64,000 bases of DNA from Candidatus Kapaibacterium sp. GTDB lineage: Bacteria; Bacteroidota; Ignavibacteria; Kapaibacteriales; UBA2268. This document shows positions 10,993 to 21,484 of this stretch, piece by piece. The notes beneath the pieces are model-generated. The model searched no databases and was not told the DNA's origin. It saw only the letters and a list, made by a program, of their open reading frames with translations. The stretch lies in assembly GCA_963664875.1 (NCBI GenBank), contig OY761611.1, forward strand, positions 1,664,001 through 1,728,000, written 5' to 3'. Numbering within the stretch: position 1 is the first letter of the stretch; every line of letters begins with the position of its first letter. The position numbers and the translations under genes were made by a program.

Positions 10993-11596
10993 ATAGCATA
11001 TTTGTATTACTATTTTAAAGAAACAATATATCATATTTTATTTAATTTAACAATGCAAATATTTTACTTTCACTTTATTATTTATATGATGAGGGATTAT
11101 GTTTACTGAAGTAATATTAGCCGGATAAGTCTTCCGCAGGCAGGAATAAATACTTTCTACAGTAAGAATTAAAAGATAAAAGACATATTTGAAACATTGC
11201 TACAAAGAAACGCCCGGGGCATCACCGTCTCTATTTACGGGATTGGGACTAAGGGGACTGCAGGATTATTACAATAAGTGGATTATATGCCATACATTTT
11301 TATTTATCTTATATTTTTTGTCAATAAGTGGCTAAGTAACTTTCTCTTTTGTAGTCAAACTTAAAATCACCAATTTCAAAAAAGACAACTCCTGATATAG
11401 CATCTCGGCTAAAATCCGGAATACACTTGTTGAAACATTTTCCTGTCATAAATATATTTTAACCACTATTTTCGCATTTTATGAATATTTATTTTGTACC
11501 ATTCCTAAAATTCAGTATTTATACTTAAAAACAGTCTCCTTGTATTTTCGTATTATTGTATAAGAAATAGTTGTAACTATTATAAAGGTGAGTGCT

Positions 11597-11773
11597 ATGG
11601 AAACTATATCAACTAATAAAACTAAAGAAGCCAAATCTAAAACGGCTTTTAGTTTTAGTCTTGCAGCACTTACCTCTACCGGTAAAAAAGATAAAAAAGC
11701 ATACTGCGCTGCAGATGAGACTTTGAACTATTATAAAATCAGGAAAAGAATAAGAGAGTCCGGCTTAATATAG
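11597..11773 (+). CDS. Small basic hypothetical protein (58 aa)
   Basis: ATG preceded by aaaggtgag; 3' end overlaps the beta-lactamase stop by 9 nt. Confidence 0.45.
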   Translation: METISTNKTKEAKSKTAFSFSLAALTSTGKKDKKAYCAADETLNYYKIRKRIRESGLI

Positions 11774-12574
11774 CTTATGATATAACTTTAGAGCATCCAT
11801 GACCATCTGTTTTCTTGATTCTATAAAGAGGCTATTTACTTGATCGTAGCTAATATTTAAAGCGAAATAATAAGTATTGCCACTAAATTCCTGCCATCCA
11901 ACAAACCACCCAACTTTTTGCTTAAGAGAGAGACCTGTTTTATAGAATAATTTTCCAAATGAGGTATCCTGAAGCATAATCTCTTTTGTATTGTGCATTG
12001 CAGAGATACTGAATGGCAGGGAGTCATTATTTAAAGAGCGTAAAAATTCAATCTGATTAAACGCGCTAATCTGTAAGGAAGTATCTAACCAATAGCGTTC
12101 AATATTCTCCCCTATTTTCATATTTCCATATTTACAAAGAGAAAGATATTTCTGAGCAATCTCCCGCCCCATTTTGGTCGCCAATTTTTGATAGTACCAA
12201 ACTACAGAGTTTTTAAATGCAGTATTTATTGTATGATTGCTATTCCAAGAAGGAATATCTCGTTGCACGCCATCCCACTCTATCAAATAGGAACTATCTT
12301 TGGCAGTATTAGTTTCAAAAGCTAAAAGCGTATTAAATATTTTAAAAGTCGATGCAGGCGAATACCTTTTCGCGGCTCGGGTCGAATCATATACAAATAA
12401 CTCATTATCCTTTTCGTTATAAATTACTAAGCACCCCGGATAATTGGCTTGGAACAAACTGTCTATGGCGATGTCCAATTGAGAAGTATTTTTGTTTGCT
12501 AATAAGCAATTGCTTAAATTTACAATAGCGAACAATATTATACATATATTCGCAATTATTTTTATATATCTCAT
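11765..12574 (-). CDS. Class D (OXA-like) beta-lactamase
   Basis: PASTFK, SVVW, YGN, YWLD and KTG motifs, plus a signal peptide. Confidence 0.9.
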   Translation of the reverse strand: MRYIKIIANICIILFAIVNLSNCLLANKNTSQLDIAIDSLFQANYPGCLVIYNEKDNELFVYDSTRAAKRYSPASTFKIFNTLLAFETNTAKDSSYLIEWDGVQRDIPSWNSNHTINTAFKNSVVWYYQKLATKMGREIAQKYLSLCKYGNMKIGENIERYWLDTSLQISAFNQIEFLRSLNNDSLPFSISAMHNTKEIMLQDTSFGKLFYKTGLSLKQKVGWFVGWQEFSGNTYYFALNISYDQVNSLFIESRKQMVMDALKLYHKLY

Positions 12575-12721
12575 TTTGTTTACCTACAAATATTCTAAAA
12601 ATCAAAGATAACAATTTATATACTAATTTCTGTTTGTTTCGTTTATCCTTTGATTATACAAAAAATGTTCGTAACTTTATTAAGCGTGCTTCATTGATAA
12701 AATATAGGGGTTGAAATATAA

Positions 12722-13771
12722 ATGAAAAAGATAAAAGCAAATCCGTTAATCAGTGATGATTCAGTTCAGGCTATTTTTGGAATAGCCAAAGCATATCAGC
12801 AAAGCAAGGTATTGCTCACAGCTCTTGAGCTGGACTTATTCACTGCCTTAGCTGATACTGAAAAGACCTGCGAAGAGCTTGCCTCCGATATAGATGCAAA
12901 ACCTGAAGCACTCGAAAAGTTACTCAATGCTCTTTGTGCTCTCAATCTGATGGAAAAAAATATTAGCACTTACCAAAATACAAAAGGTACAGCCCGATTT
13001 TTGGTAAGAGGAAAAGACGAATACCTTGGATCACTCAATCACATAGCAAATCTATGGGATACTTGGGGCAACCTCACAGAAGTGGTTAAAACAGGTAAGT
13101 CTGCAAAATTCAAATCTCTTGACGAAAAAGATGCTGATTGGATAAAAGATTATGTCGATTCTCTACACTCTCAATCCGGCATCAAAGCACCGGATGTCAT
13201 TTCACTTATTGATTTGAAGGGTGTAAAACGAGTACTTGATATCGGATGTGGCTCTGCAATTTATTCTGTAGCTTTTGTAAAAGCAAAACCCGATGTAAAA
13301 GCTGTTGCATTCGATCATCCGAATATTATCAGAGAAACACAAAAATATATTGAATATGAGAATTTGAATTCCCGCATTGAAGCTATCGGCGGAGACGTGC
13401 TAAGCGATGATTTCGGTGAAGGTTTTGATTTAGTTTTTATTTCAGATATGATTAGCCAATACTCTCTTTTTGAAAATATTGATATTTTCAGAAGAGCACA
13501 TGCAGCCCTAAATCCAAGCGGCAGACTGATTGTTCAGGATTATATCATCAATGACGATAAATTAGGACCATTCAAAGCAGTAATGGAAAATATAAATATG
13601 CTCGTAAATACTCCTAAGGGTAGCATTTTTACCGCGACTGACTTATGGATAATGATGAAAGAAGCCGGATTCCCTGATGTAAAACGTATTGATACCCCAT
13701 TTGCAACTGATTTGATGGTTGCCACTAAAGACGACGGTGATATTTTGAAACAGTTCTACGGTTACGAATAA
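12722..13771 (+). CDS. SAM-dependent O-methyltransferase (dimerisation domain + Methyltransf_2)
   Basis: ALELDLF wHTH N-terminus; VLDIGCGS motif I. Confidence 0.88.
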   Translation: MKKIKANPLISDDSVQAIFGIAKAYQQSKVLLTALELDLFTALADTEKTCEELASDIDAKPEALEKLLNALCALNLMEKNISTYQNTKGTARFLVRGKDEYLGSLNHIANLWDTWGNLTEVVKTGKSAKFKSLDEKDADWIKDYVDSLHSQSGIKAPDVISLIDLKGVKRVLDIGCGSAIYSVAFVKAKPDVKAVAFDHPNIIRETQKYIEYENLNSRIEAIGGDVLSDDFGEGFDLVFISDMISQYSLFENIDIFRRAHAALNPSGRLIVQDYIINDDKLGPFKAVMENINMLVNTPKGSIFTATDLWIMMKEAGFPDVKRIDTPFATDLMVATKDDGDILKQFYGYE

Positions 13772-13820
13772 TATCGCAAATCTATCAAGCGAAAATCTTT
13801 CTAAATACATATTTTTTTTG

Positions 13821-13855
13821 AGGAGCAGCCAGCTAAAACAAAGGCTGCTCCTTTT
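13821..13855 (+). terminator. Rho-independent terminator
   Basis: aggagcagcc/ggctgctcct followed by ttt. Confidence 0.7.
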
Positions 13856-13954
13856 ATATTATACAGCCAGATGATACATGATAATATTTCATATTCATAA
13901 GAGTAGCTATAGTTTGACTTGGATGGGATAAATATTTTGAGAATAGCTATAACT

Positions 13955-13991
13955 AAAAAACGCCAAAACTGCTTTTTTACAATTTTGGCGT
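13955..13991 (-). terminator. Terminator after gcvT
   Basis: acgccaaaa/ttttggcgt stem with a T-tract on the minus strand. Confidence 0.7.
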
Positions 13992-14014
13992 CAAAAAAAT
14001 CTATGTAAAATAAA

Positions 14015-15115
14015 TTATTTTACAAATGGCATTTTTACTATTTCAGCAGGGAACATTTTACCGCGTGCTTCGATTTCAATTTTTGTGCCTTCTGATTTTT
14101 TGTCCCAAGGAACATAACCCAAACCAATTGGTTTACCCAAAGTTGGAGAAAGGTTACCACTTGTAACAAATCCGGCTTCAACACCATCAATAAATATTTT
14201 GTAGTGCGAACGAGGGATAAATCTCTCAGCATCAGAGATAAAGCCTACTAATCTGCGTGACGGATTTTCTGCTTTCACTTTATTCAACACATCAGAGCCA
14301 TTGAACTCACCTTTAGCTAATTTTGTAATCCAGCCAAGCCCCGCTTCCAATGGGTTAGTTTCTTCAGTGATATCATTTCCGTAAAGCATATAAGCTTTTT
14401 CCATTCTCAAAGTATCACGGCAGCCAAGACCTGTTGGCTCGATACCAAATTCTTTACCTGCTTCGAACACAGACTCCCAAACTTTGCGGGCAGTTTCTTC
14501 ATCGCCACGAAAATACAATTCATAGCCCAATTCGCCTGTGTAACCTGTACGAGAAATGCACATTTCCACTCCTGCAAGTTCACCGAATTTATAATGATAA
14601 AACGGCAATACTTCTTCAGAAATATCTTCTTTTGTCAATTTCTGTAATGTTTCTCTGGATTTAGGTCCCTGAACAGCTAAAAGATTATAATCATCAGTTG
14701 CATCAGTAAGCTTTACATCCATACCTTCAGCATTTTTAACGCACCAGTTCCAGTCTTTTTCTATATTTGCACCGTTTACAACAAGCATATAAGTAGTGCC
14801 CGGCTCGATACAATAAACAAGCAAATCATCTACGATTCCGCCATGTTCCAAGCACATAGCACTATATTGCACCTGACCTTTAACTAATTTAGAGGCATCG
14901 TTTACAGTAATTTTCTGAACGAAATTGAGAGCATCGCTGCCTACTACTTCAAATTCACCCATGTGAGAAACATCAAACACACCAACTGCTGTGCGAACAA
15001 CATTGTGCTCTGCGATGATTCCTTTAGGATATTGTATAGGCATTTCGTAGCCTGCAAAGCTAACCATTTTAGCTCCAAGCTCGTTATGGATAGCATGAAA
15101 TCTTGTAGTTTTCAT
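14015..15115 (-). CDS. gcvT: Glycine cleavage system aminomethyltransferase T
   Basis: FDVSHMG, SRTGYTGELGYE, GLGCRDTLRME. Confidence 0.97.
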   Translation of the reverse strand: MKTTRFHAIHNELGAKMVSFAGYEMPIQYPKGIIAEHNVVRTAVGVFDVSHMGEFEVVGSDALNFVQKITVNDASKLVKGQVQYSAMCLEHGGIVDDLLVYCIEPGTTYMLVVNGANIEKDWNWCVKNAEGMDVKLTDATDDYNLLAVQGPKSRETLQKLTKEDISEEVLPFYHYKFGELAGVEMCISRTGYTGELGYELYFRGDEETARKVWESVFEAGKEFGIEPTGLGCRDTLRMEKAYMLYGNDITEETNPLEAGLGWITKLAKGEFNGSDVLNKVKAENPSRRLVGFISDAERFIPRSHYKIFIDGVEAGFVTSGNLSPTLGKPIGLGYVPWDKKSEGTKIEIEARGKMFPAEIVKMPFVK

Positions 15116-15210
15116 AGTCTATGCTTCCGAAAGATTGATAAGTCAGTTATCTATTTAAATAAGGTCTTGCAAAATAATCATTTAAAGAGGATTTTCCAAA
15201 AGTGTGCAAA

Positions 15211-15246
15211 AAGAAAAAGCAACATCTCCTATTGTCAAGATGTTGC
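15211..15246 (-). terminator. Rho-independent terminator
   Basis: gcaacatct/agatgttgc stem with a T-tract on the minus strand. Confidence 0.65.
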
Positions 15247-15278
15247 CTCTCTTTAGCAAATGTCTATGTAACTATAAA

Positions 15279-15917
15279 TTATATCTTTGATGCTACTTTG
15301 GCACCGATTTTTTCTAATATTTTTGTTTCGAAATAGCCGGAAGAAGACCAATAAGCAACCTCTTCGGTAACTAATGATTCGTAGCCGCTAATTTCGCATT
15401 TAACATCAAGAAAAACAGTTCCATCAGAGTTTTCAGTAAGAATCATTTTATACTGAACACGTCCGTTTTGCCACTCACCACCACGAATAAAAGGCAAATC
15501 TTTGAAGCTGTATTTTTTAATAATTTCGTAGGTATTATCTGCACCATCAACAAAGATGAAATAATCTGATTTGATTATACCTTTGTATAGACCTTCGTCG
15601 TCTTGTTTCGTTTTCTTGGTAATAAAATAGATTTTTTCAGCTTCGCATACTTCAATTATTGAGTTCCAAACTGTCTGAAAATCTACATCCTTGAAAGTAG
15701 TATCAAATGCAGGGCGGTAGTAAGGAAAATCTTCCTTAGAGATTTTTTCTCCCTGCCATTCGTCTCCCCAACCGGTAGTACCATCGGGATTTTGCTCTGT
15801 TTCTTTAGATTCTTCTTTTTTTTCTGTAGAGCCTTCCCAAAATTGGGCATTAGACTCAGAGTAAGAAAATGGAAGCATCAAAGCTGCCACCAACACTACT
15901 AAAAATAAATATTTCAT
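15279..15917 (-). CDS. Hypothetical exported protein
   Basis: MKYLFLVVLVAALML signal peptide; no family recognised. Confidence 0.75.
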   Translation of the reverse strand: MKYLFLVVLVAALMLPFSYSESNAQFWEGSTEKKEESKETEQNPDGTTGWGDEWQGEKISKEDFPYYRPAFDTTFKDVDFQTVWNSIIEVCEAEKIYFITKKTKQDDEGLYKGIIKSDYFIFVDGADNTYEIIKKYSFKDLPFIRGGEWQNGRVQYKMILTENSDGTVFLDVKCEISGYESLVTEEVAYWSSSGYFETKILEKIGAKVASKI

Positions 15918-15994
15918 AACACTTACCGTATAATGTAATAAACTCAAATTTTTCAAAAGTTAAGACTAAATCTTATAAAAAGCAAATAGTATTA

Positions 15995-16717
15995 TTATTT
16001 AACTTTCAATAGCTCTATTTCGTACACAAGCACAGCATGAGGCGGTATTGTAAGTCCTGCACCTTCTGCCCCGTAGCCAAGCTTAGCAGGTATTACGAAT
16101 TCTGCTTTGCCACCTTCTTTCATCATTGTGAAAGCCTCGTCCAATCCCTTGGAGTTGACTCCGACTTTTACATTTACCGGCATACGAGTGTAAGTATTTT
16201 CAAATTCTTTACCGTCGATGAACGTACCTCTAATCTGTACTTCTATCATATCGCCTTGTTTAGGTGACTTTCCTTTACCTTCCACAATATGTTTATATTG
16301 CAATCCGGAAGCAGCTATTTTGACACCATCTTCTTTTGCGTGATTTTCAAGGTAATTCTGCCCGTGTAATTGATAGAATTCGCCAAGTTTATTTCTAACT
16401 TCCCATGATTCTTCGCGTTTTTTAGCATTTTCCTCGCGTTCTTTGAGCATCTGCTCTTTGATAGCATTCTGCATTTCTTCTTCAGCAACAGCAGGAGTAG
16501 ATTTTGACCATGCAGCCCTAATGCCTTCAAGCATGGCATCCATATCGTACTGTCGTTTATCTTGTGATAACTCTTTTCCTATTTGATGCCCCATAGCATA
16601 ACTCAAACGCTCTTTTTCATTTTTTGGAGCATAGTCAGACACTTTTTCAATTTTTTCCTGAGGCTGACAAGAGGCTATAGCTAAGGCAGCCACACATACT
16701 AAAAATACTTTTTTCAT
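15995..16717 (-). CDS. FKBP-type peptidyl-prolyl isomerase (FkpA/Mip-like lipoprotein)
   Basis: Lipobox IASC; SYAMG; SGLQYK; IPAKLGYG; IPPHAVLVYEIEL. Confidence 0.93.
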   Translation of the reverse strand: MKKVFLVCVAALAIASCQPQEKIEKVSDYAPKNEKERLSYAMGHQIGKELSQDKRQYDMDAMLEGIRAAWSKSTPAVAEEEMQNAIKEQMLKEREENAKKREESWEVRNKLGEFYQLHGQNYLENHAKEDGVKIAASGLQYKHIVEGKGKSPKQGDMIEVQIRGTFIDGKEFENTYTRMPVNVKVGVNSKGLDEAFTMMKEGGKAEFVIPAKLGYGAEGAGLTIPPHAVLVYEIELLKVK

Positions 16718-16725
16718 ATTATCCC

Positions 16726-17280
16726 TTATAAGATTATATGGAGATTTGGATTGATTTGTTTCAAGTTTTCGATATTTTTTTTGTCGATATTTACACCCGT
16801 CAATATAAGCTCTTTTAGATTTTTTAACAAATATATAGATTTAGGTAGATTAATTATATTTAGATAGCTCAAATCTAAAGTTTGCAATCTGTCTAAACCT
16901 TCGAGTGCTTCGAGAGCTTTTGTATCTAAGTTCTCATTCGCTGACAAATCGAGCGAAATTAGAGATGTCATTGAGTTTATAGCACTTATCTCTTCCAATT
17001 TATTTGCTGAAAGATTGAGTTCTGTCAAATTGCTAAAATTTGCCATACATTTGGGCAAAGAAATCAAATCATTTTGTGCCATGTTTAGATACTTCAAATT
17101 TACCATTTCGCAAAAAGTCTCAGGCAGTTCGGTGATAGCACTTCCTCCTAAGCATAGCTCTTCTATTGAGTCAGGCTTCTTTTCTAATGCACTATCCAAA
17201 CCAATTACCAACTCACCCGTATATGAATTAGAACTGCTAAAGATAAAAAGCACACAAAATATCGCAAACAATCTAAGCAT
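16726..17280 (-). CDS. Exported leucine-rich repeat protein
   Basis: Repeated LxxLxLSxNxL motifs. Confidence 0.88.
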   Translation of the reverse strand: MLRLFAIFCVLFIFSSSNSYTGELVIGLDSALEKKPDSIEELCLGGSAITELPETFCEMVNLKYLNMAQNDLISLPKCMANFSNLTELNLSANKLEEISAINSMTSLISLDLSANENLDTKALEALEGLDRLQTLDLSYLNIINLPKSIYLLKNLKELILTGVNIDKKNIENLKQINPNLHIIL

Positions 17281-17433
17281 AACACATTAAACCAATTACT
17301 TAATTGATATGTGTCGAAATATAACAAAAATATCGGAACAATTTGCACGGATTTTGCTATATAGTATCTTATCAGGTAAGCAAATTTATTGATTATGCTG
17401 CATTATACGTTGGCACATTTCTTGGTAATCTCG

Positions 17434-17952
17434 ATGAAAATTTTTGTTATTATTATCGCAATGCTTTTCGGCTTATTTTTGTCATATACATTTTTACTGA
17501 ATAGAGATACAAAATTGGACTCAGGTGCTGTGATAGATAAAATTCTTGTTGAAAAAAATAAAAGAGAGATGCACGTTTATAGAAACGGTGTCTGTCTAAA
17601 GACATATAAAATTGCTTTGGGAAGCAATCCAATTGGTCATAAAGAATGCGAAGGTGACGGAAAAACTCCGGAAGGCATCTATATCATCAATGATAAAAAT
17701 CCCAATAGTTCATACTACAAAAATCTTGGGATTTCATATCCAAATGAAAATGACATAGCCCATGCGGATAGTTTAGGTCTCTCACCGGGTGGTGCTATCA
17801 AAATACACGGAATCAAAAACGGCTTAGTTGCTTTTGCTAAAGCTATTCAACTGAAAGATTGGACTGCAGGTTGCATTGCCGTTACCGACGAAGAAATGGA
17901 AGAGCTTTTCAATGCTGTACCCATAGGCACTGAGATCGAAATATTACCCTAA
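17434..17952 (+). CDS. L,D-transpeptidase family (YkuD) protein
   Basis: GDGKTPEG, ISYPN, IKIHG, WTAGCIA. Confidence 0.92.
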   Translation: MKIFVIIIAMLFGLFLSYTFLLNRDTKLDSGAVIDKILVEKNKREMHVYRNGVCLKTYKIALGSNPIGHKECEGDGKTPEGIYIINDKNPNSSYYKNLGISYPNENDIAHADSLGLSPGGAIKIHGIKNGLVAFAKAIQLKDWTAGCIAVTDEEMEELFNAVPIGTEIEILP

Positions 17953-18253
17953 AAAAACATAATTCTAAAAAGCTCCACCAAATAATTGAACTTATCATGT
18001 TTTTGATTTTATTAAAGTATAATCCAATATAATTTGACAAATCAATTTTCAAAATTTGTATATTGTAAAATGGATAGATATTGATTCAAATTTTTTCTCT
18101 GAAAATACAATTTTTGCTGTTGCAGCTTTGACTAATAGTGCAACAGTATTTTCAGGGACTAATATTTTAATCAAATTGATTATTATTTTATCCGTTATTG
18201 GCTATAGCTAAGTAAGCGGATGATAAACAACAGTATAGTAAGAGTGATAAAAT

Positions 18254-18718
18254 ATGAACACTGAAAAGAAAGAATTTCGCCAAAGATTGGATTTTTACTG
18301 GCAGAGCCTCTCTGCTTACTCTGTAGTACTTATAGTTTATGTATTACTTCGCAGCACAATCGAAAGCGGAAGCGTTACATTTGATTATCATGACCCTTTG
18401 CTTTGGTTACTTGGTTTGTTTATTTTGATTGCACTCGTTGGGCTTTCATTTTCAGCATTCCGACGCAGAGCCGTTATTGTCGAAAAAGATAGAATAATCT
18501 TCAAAAACAGATTCGGCTCGAAAGAATATACTGCTAACGATATTGTTAGTATATCTCTGGGTAGAGACGGCATGGTTCAGGTAAAAAACTTATACCCAAT
18601 GATTAGAATCAAGCTAAATTCCAGAAAGCGTATGCTAAGATTGAGACCTACTTTCTTCCACAATCCGGAAGAACTAATCGAAAGCGTCAAAGACCTCAAA
18701 AAGGATTTGAACAGCTAA
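18254..18718 (+). CDS. Membrane protein, two TM helices plus a PH-like domain
   Basis: Two hydrophobic helices followed by a beta-rich basic domain. Confidence 0.7.
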   Translation: MNTEKKEFRQRLDFYWQSLSAYSVVLIVYVLLRSTIESGSVTFDYHDPLLWLLGLFILIALVGLSFSAFRRRAVIVEKDRIIFKNRFGSKEYTANDIVSISLGRDGMVQVKNLYPMIRIKLNSRKRMLRLRPTFFHNPEELIESVKDLKKDLNS

Positions 18719-19284
18719 TGAAGATTGCAACTTTTATATTGCTACTCTTGAGTTCAACTGTTAGTGCTTTTGCTCAGCAAAAGACTAATATCGAGATTCT
18801 GGATTCACTTTGCAATCTGATGCCTTTATATCTTCATCACGAATTTGCCGACGTAAACGAGCTTAAATTAGATTTTAACAAGCATCCGAACGCTTGGTAC
18901 CCCGAACAAAAAATAGTAAACTCAGGCAAGTTTACAATCAAAGAATCTGACAGCATACCAAGGCTATCTATACTTCTAAGCGATTTTGGAGTTAAATACC
19001 GCAGGTTAAATGCTGACTCTTTAATCAGAGAGATTCATTTGGATTATGAAGCAGTATTGTATAAAGACGGTATTGCAATTCCACACCCGGGTAAAAAATT
19101 AGCATATATAGACAGTATCTCTGAGAAGGATTTGGGAATTTTGCAAGATTCGGCATTTCCGTTTAGCAAATCAGAAGTGCCTGAAAAGGATAAAACATGG
19201 CTGGACGATGCCTTGGAACCAATTATCGTAGTTGGTTCGGCAGCTCTTACAGTTTTATTGTTTTTTACCGTCAGGTCTAATTAG
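18718..19284 (+). CDS. Hypothetical exported protein with C-terminal TM helix
   Basis: Signal peptide; EPIIVVGSAALTVLLFFTVRS; TAATG translational coupling. Confidence 0.75.
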   Translation: MKIATFILLLLSSTVSAFAQQKTNIEILDSLCNLMPLYLHHEFADVNELKLDFNKHPNAWYPEQKIVNSGKFTIKESDSIPRLSILLSDFGVKYRRLNADSLIREIHLDYEAVLYKDGIAIPHPGKKLAYIDSISEKDLGILQDSAFPFSKSEVPEKDKTWLDDALEPIIVVGSAALTVLLFFTVRSN

Positions 19285-19406
19285 TTTATTTGAATTTGTT
19301 TTTTTTCAAAACCTATGCTATATTATTTTTTTGGATTTAACGTCGATAAGCAAACGACATAATCATTTTATAAATTTTTTAGATTCTTATACTTAGGAGA
19401 GATAAA

Positions 19407-19730
19407 ATGGCAGAGCCTTTACATGTAACGGACGCAAGCTTTGAAGCTGATGTAATGAAATCAGATGTACCGGTGTTGATCGACTTTTGGGCTACATGGT
19501 GCGGACCATGCAGAATGATAGCTCCGATTATTGACGAAATGGCTGGCGAATACGAAGGAAAAGCAAAAATATGTAAAGTGGATGTTGACAACAACCAACA
19601 GATTGCTATGAATTACGGCATACGCTCTATCCCTACTATCCTTATTTTCAAAGGTGGAGAAGTAGTGGACACTATAGTGGGAGCAGTGCCAAAACAGCAA
19701 ATCGTAGAAAAACTGAACAGACACTTCTAA
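19407..19730 (+). CDS. trxA: Thioredoxin
   Basis: WCGPC, IRSIPT. Confidence 0.97.
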   Translation: MAEPLHVTDASFEADVMKSDVPVLIDFWATWCGPCRMIAPIIDEMAGEYEGKAKICKVDVDNNQQIAMNYGIRSIPTILIFKGGEVVDTIVGAVPKQQIVEKLNRHF

Positions 19731-19755
19731 TTTTTTTTAAGAAGATATTTATAGG

Positions 19756-19797
19756 AAGGATTACTCCTCTCGCAGCGAGAGATGTAATCCTTTTTTT
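19756..19797 (+). terminator. Terminator after trxA
   Basis: aaggattac..ctctcgc-a-gcgagag..gtaatcctt followed by a T-tract. Confidence 0.8.
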
Positions 19798-19880
19798 GTG
19801 TGATTTGAGCTTATCAGTTTTGAAAATCCAACTATTCTCTTTTTGAAAGTCCTATTTTTGTGAAGAAGAAAATCTTTTAC

Positions 19881-19920
19881 AAAAAAAGCTCACGATATTA
19901 GATATTACCGTGAGCTTTTT
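19881..19920 (-). terminator. Terminator of the nuo operon
   Basis: aaaaagctcacg/cgtgagcttttt. Confidence 0.85.
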
Positions 19921-19948
19921 AAAAATTAGAGATATTAAGTATTTTGCT

Positions 19949-21454
19949 TTACATAAATATCTTCACCGATTCTCTTGCCCAGTCCAAGACTGATTGGAAG
20001 AAAATACCAATCAGTAGTGTAGGCACAGCAAGGAAGTACACAAATACTTTTGCGGCTACGCTGTACTCAAGTTTTTCTGCATCATCATTTACTCCGCGTA
20101 CCCACATATTGCGGAATACTTTTGCATAGTAAAACAATGAAACAACACTATTGAGTACACCCACCACTGCAAGCCAAATCATACCTTTATCCAAAACAGC
20201 AGTAAATAACTGCCATTTGCCGATAAAGCCTGCTGTAGGAGGGATACCTGCAAGAGAAACCATAAATAAAGTCATAGTTACACCAAGGAAAGGTGCTTTA
20301 TAGCCAAGACCGACATAGTCATCTAATTCTTCACTATCTATTTTATTTGCTATGAGCTGCACTACAAGGAATGCACCAAGATTCATAAGCAAATACATAA
20401 AGAAGTAAACATTGATGCCCATGATGCCAACTTCTGTCATTACGGTTACACCCATAAGCAAATAGCCGGCGTGAGCTATAGATGAATATGCCAACATTCT
20501 TTTCACGTTAGACTGCCAAAGAGCAACCAAGTTACCCAAAGTCATTGTTACCACAGAAAGTATCGATAGTACCATCTGCCAATCGAAGCTGCCCATTGTT
20601 ATCCAAGCAGGAGCACCATTCATGTCAGGAACGATGAACGCAACTTTTACAAATCTGATTAGAACAGCAAAGCCGGCAGCTTTAGAAGCTACACCAAGAT
20701 AAGCCGTTACCGCCACAGGAGCACCTTCGTAAACGTCCGGAGTCCAGAAATGGAAAGGAACAGCAGAGATTTTGTATGCGATACCTGCAAGAATCATCAG
20801 ACCTGAAACAAACACAGGAAGCAATGTGCCATCGTAGGCTGCAAGCATAGTGTTGATTTCATATAGATTTAAAGTGCCTGTGATACCAAACATAATAGAC
20901 ATACCATAAATCATGATACCTGAAGAAAGAGAACCGTAGATTACGTACTTCAGTGAAGCTTCGCTGGATCTTCTGACTTCTTTAGTGTAGCCTGCCAATA
21001 CGTAAGAGCTCATAGACATAATCTCGATAGCAAGGTAAATCATAATTAGGTTAGAAGCACCTGCGAGCAGGAACATACCAACCGCCATACCAATAGTAAG
21101 GGTATAGTATTCACCAAAGCCGTGAGACTTTTCTTCCAACTCTTTCGAGAAGAAAGCCATAAGCACTACCACGATAGTAGCAAGAAATATCAATACTTTA
21201 AAATACATAGCAAATGGATCAACTGCGAGCATACCCGAAAAGGTGCTTGCCGCCTCGCCGCTTCCATGGTCAAACAAAAACCAACCGGTAACAGCTAAAC
21301 CTGCTAAAGCAGCATATCCACCTGCATGCTTCACTTTACTGAATATCAGATCTGCAAGGATCACTACTACGAGCGTAATTATCATCGCAGTTTCAGGTTT
21401 AAAGAGGCTTATGCTCTCTCGCAATCCGTCAACAAATTCGTTTATCGGAATCAT
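19949..21454 (-). CDS. nuoN: NADH-quinone oxidoreductase subunit N
   Basis: EASLKY, PFHFWTPDVYEGAP, KRMLAYSSIAHAGY, GIPPTAGFIGK. Confidence 0.96.
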   Translation of the reverse strand: MIPINEFVDGLRESISLFKPETAMIITLVVVILADLIFSKVKHAGGYAALAGLAVTGWFLFDHGSGEAASTFSGMLAVDPFAMYFKVLIFLATIVVVLMAFFSKELEEKSHGFGEYYTLTIGMAVGMFLLAGASNLIMIYLAIEIMSMSSYVLAGYTKEVRRSSEASLKYVIYGSLSSGIMIYGMSIMFGITGTLNLYEINTMLAAYDGTLLPVFVSGLMILAGIAYKISAVPFHFWTPDVYEGAPVAVTAYLGVASKAAGFAVLIRFVKVAFIVPDMNGAPAWITMGSFDWQMVLSILSVVTMTLGNLVALWQSNVKRMLAYSSIAHAGYLLMGVTVMTEVGIMGINVYFFMYLLMNLGAFLVVQLIANKIDSEELDDYVGLGYKAPFLGVTMTLFMVSLAGIPPTAGFIGKWQLFTAVLDKGMIWLAVVGVLNSVVSLFYYAKVFRNMWVRGVNDDAEKLEYSVAAKVFVYFLAVPTLLIGIFFQSVLDWARESVKIFM

Positions 21455-21484
21455 ACTATAACAGCTTAAGTTTTTGAAATAAAA

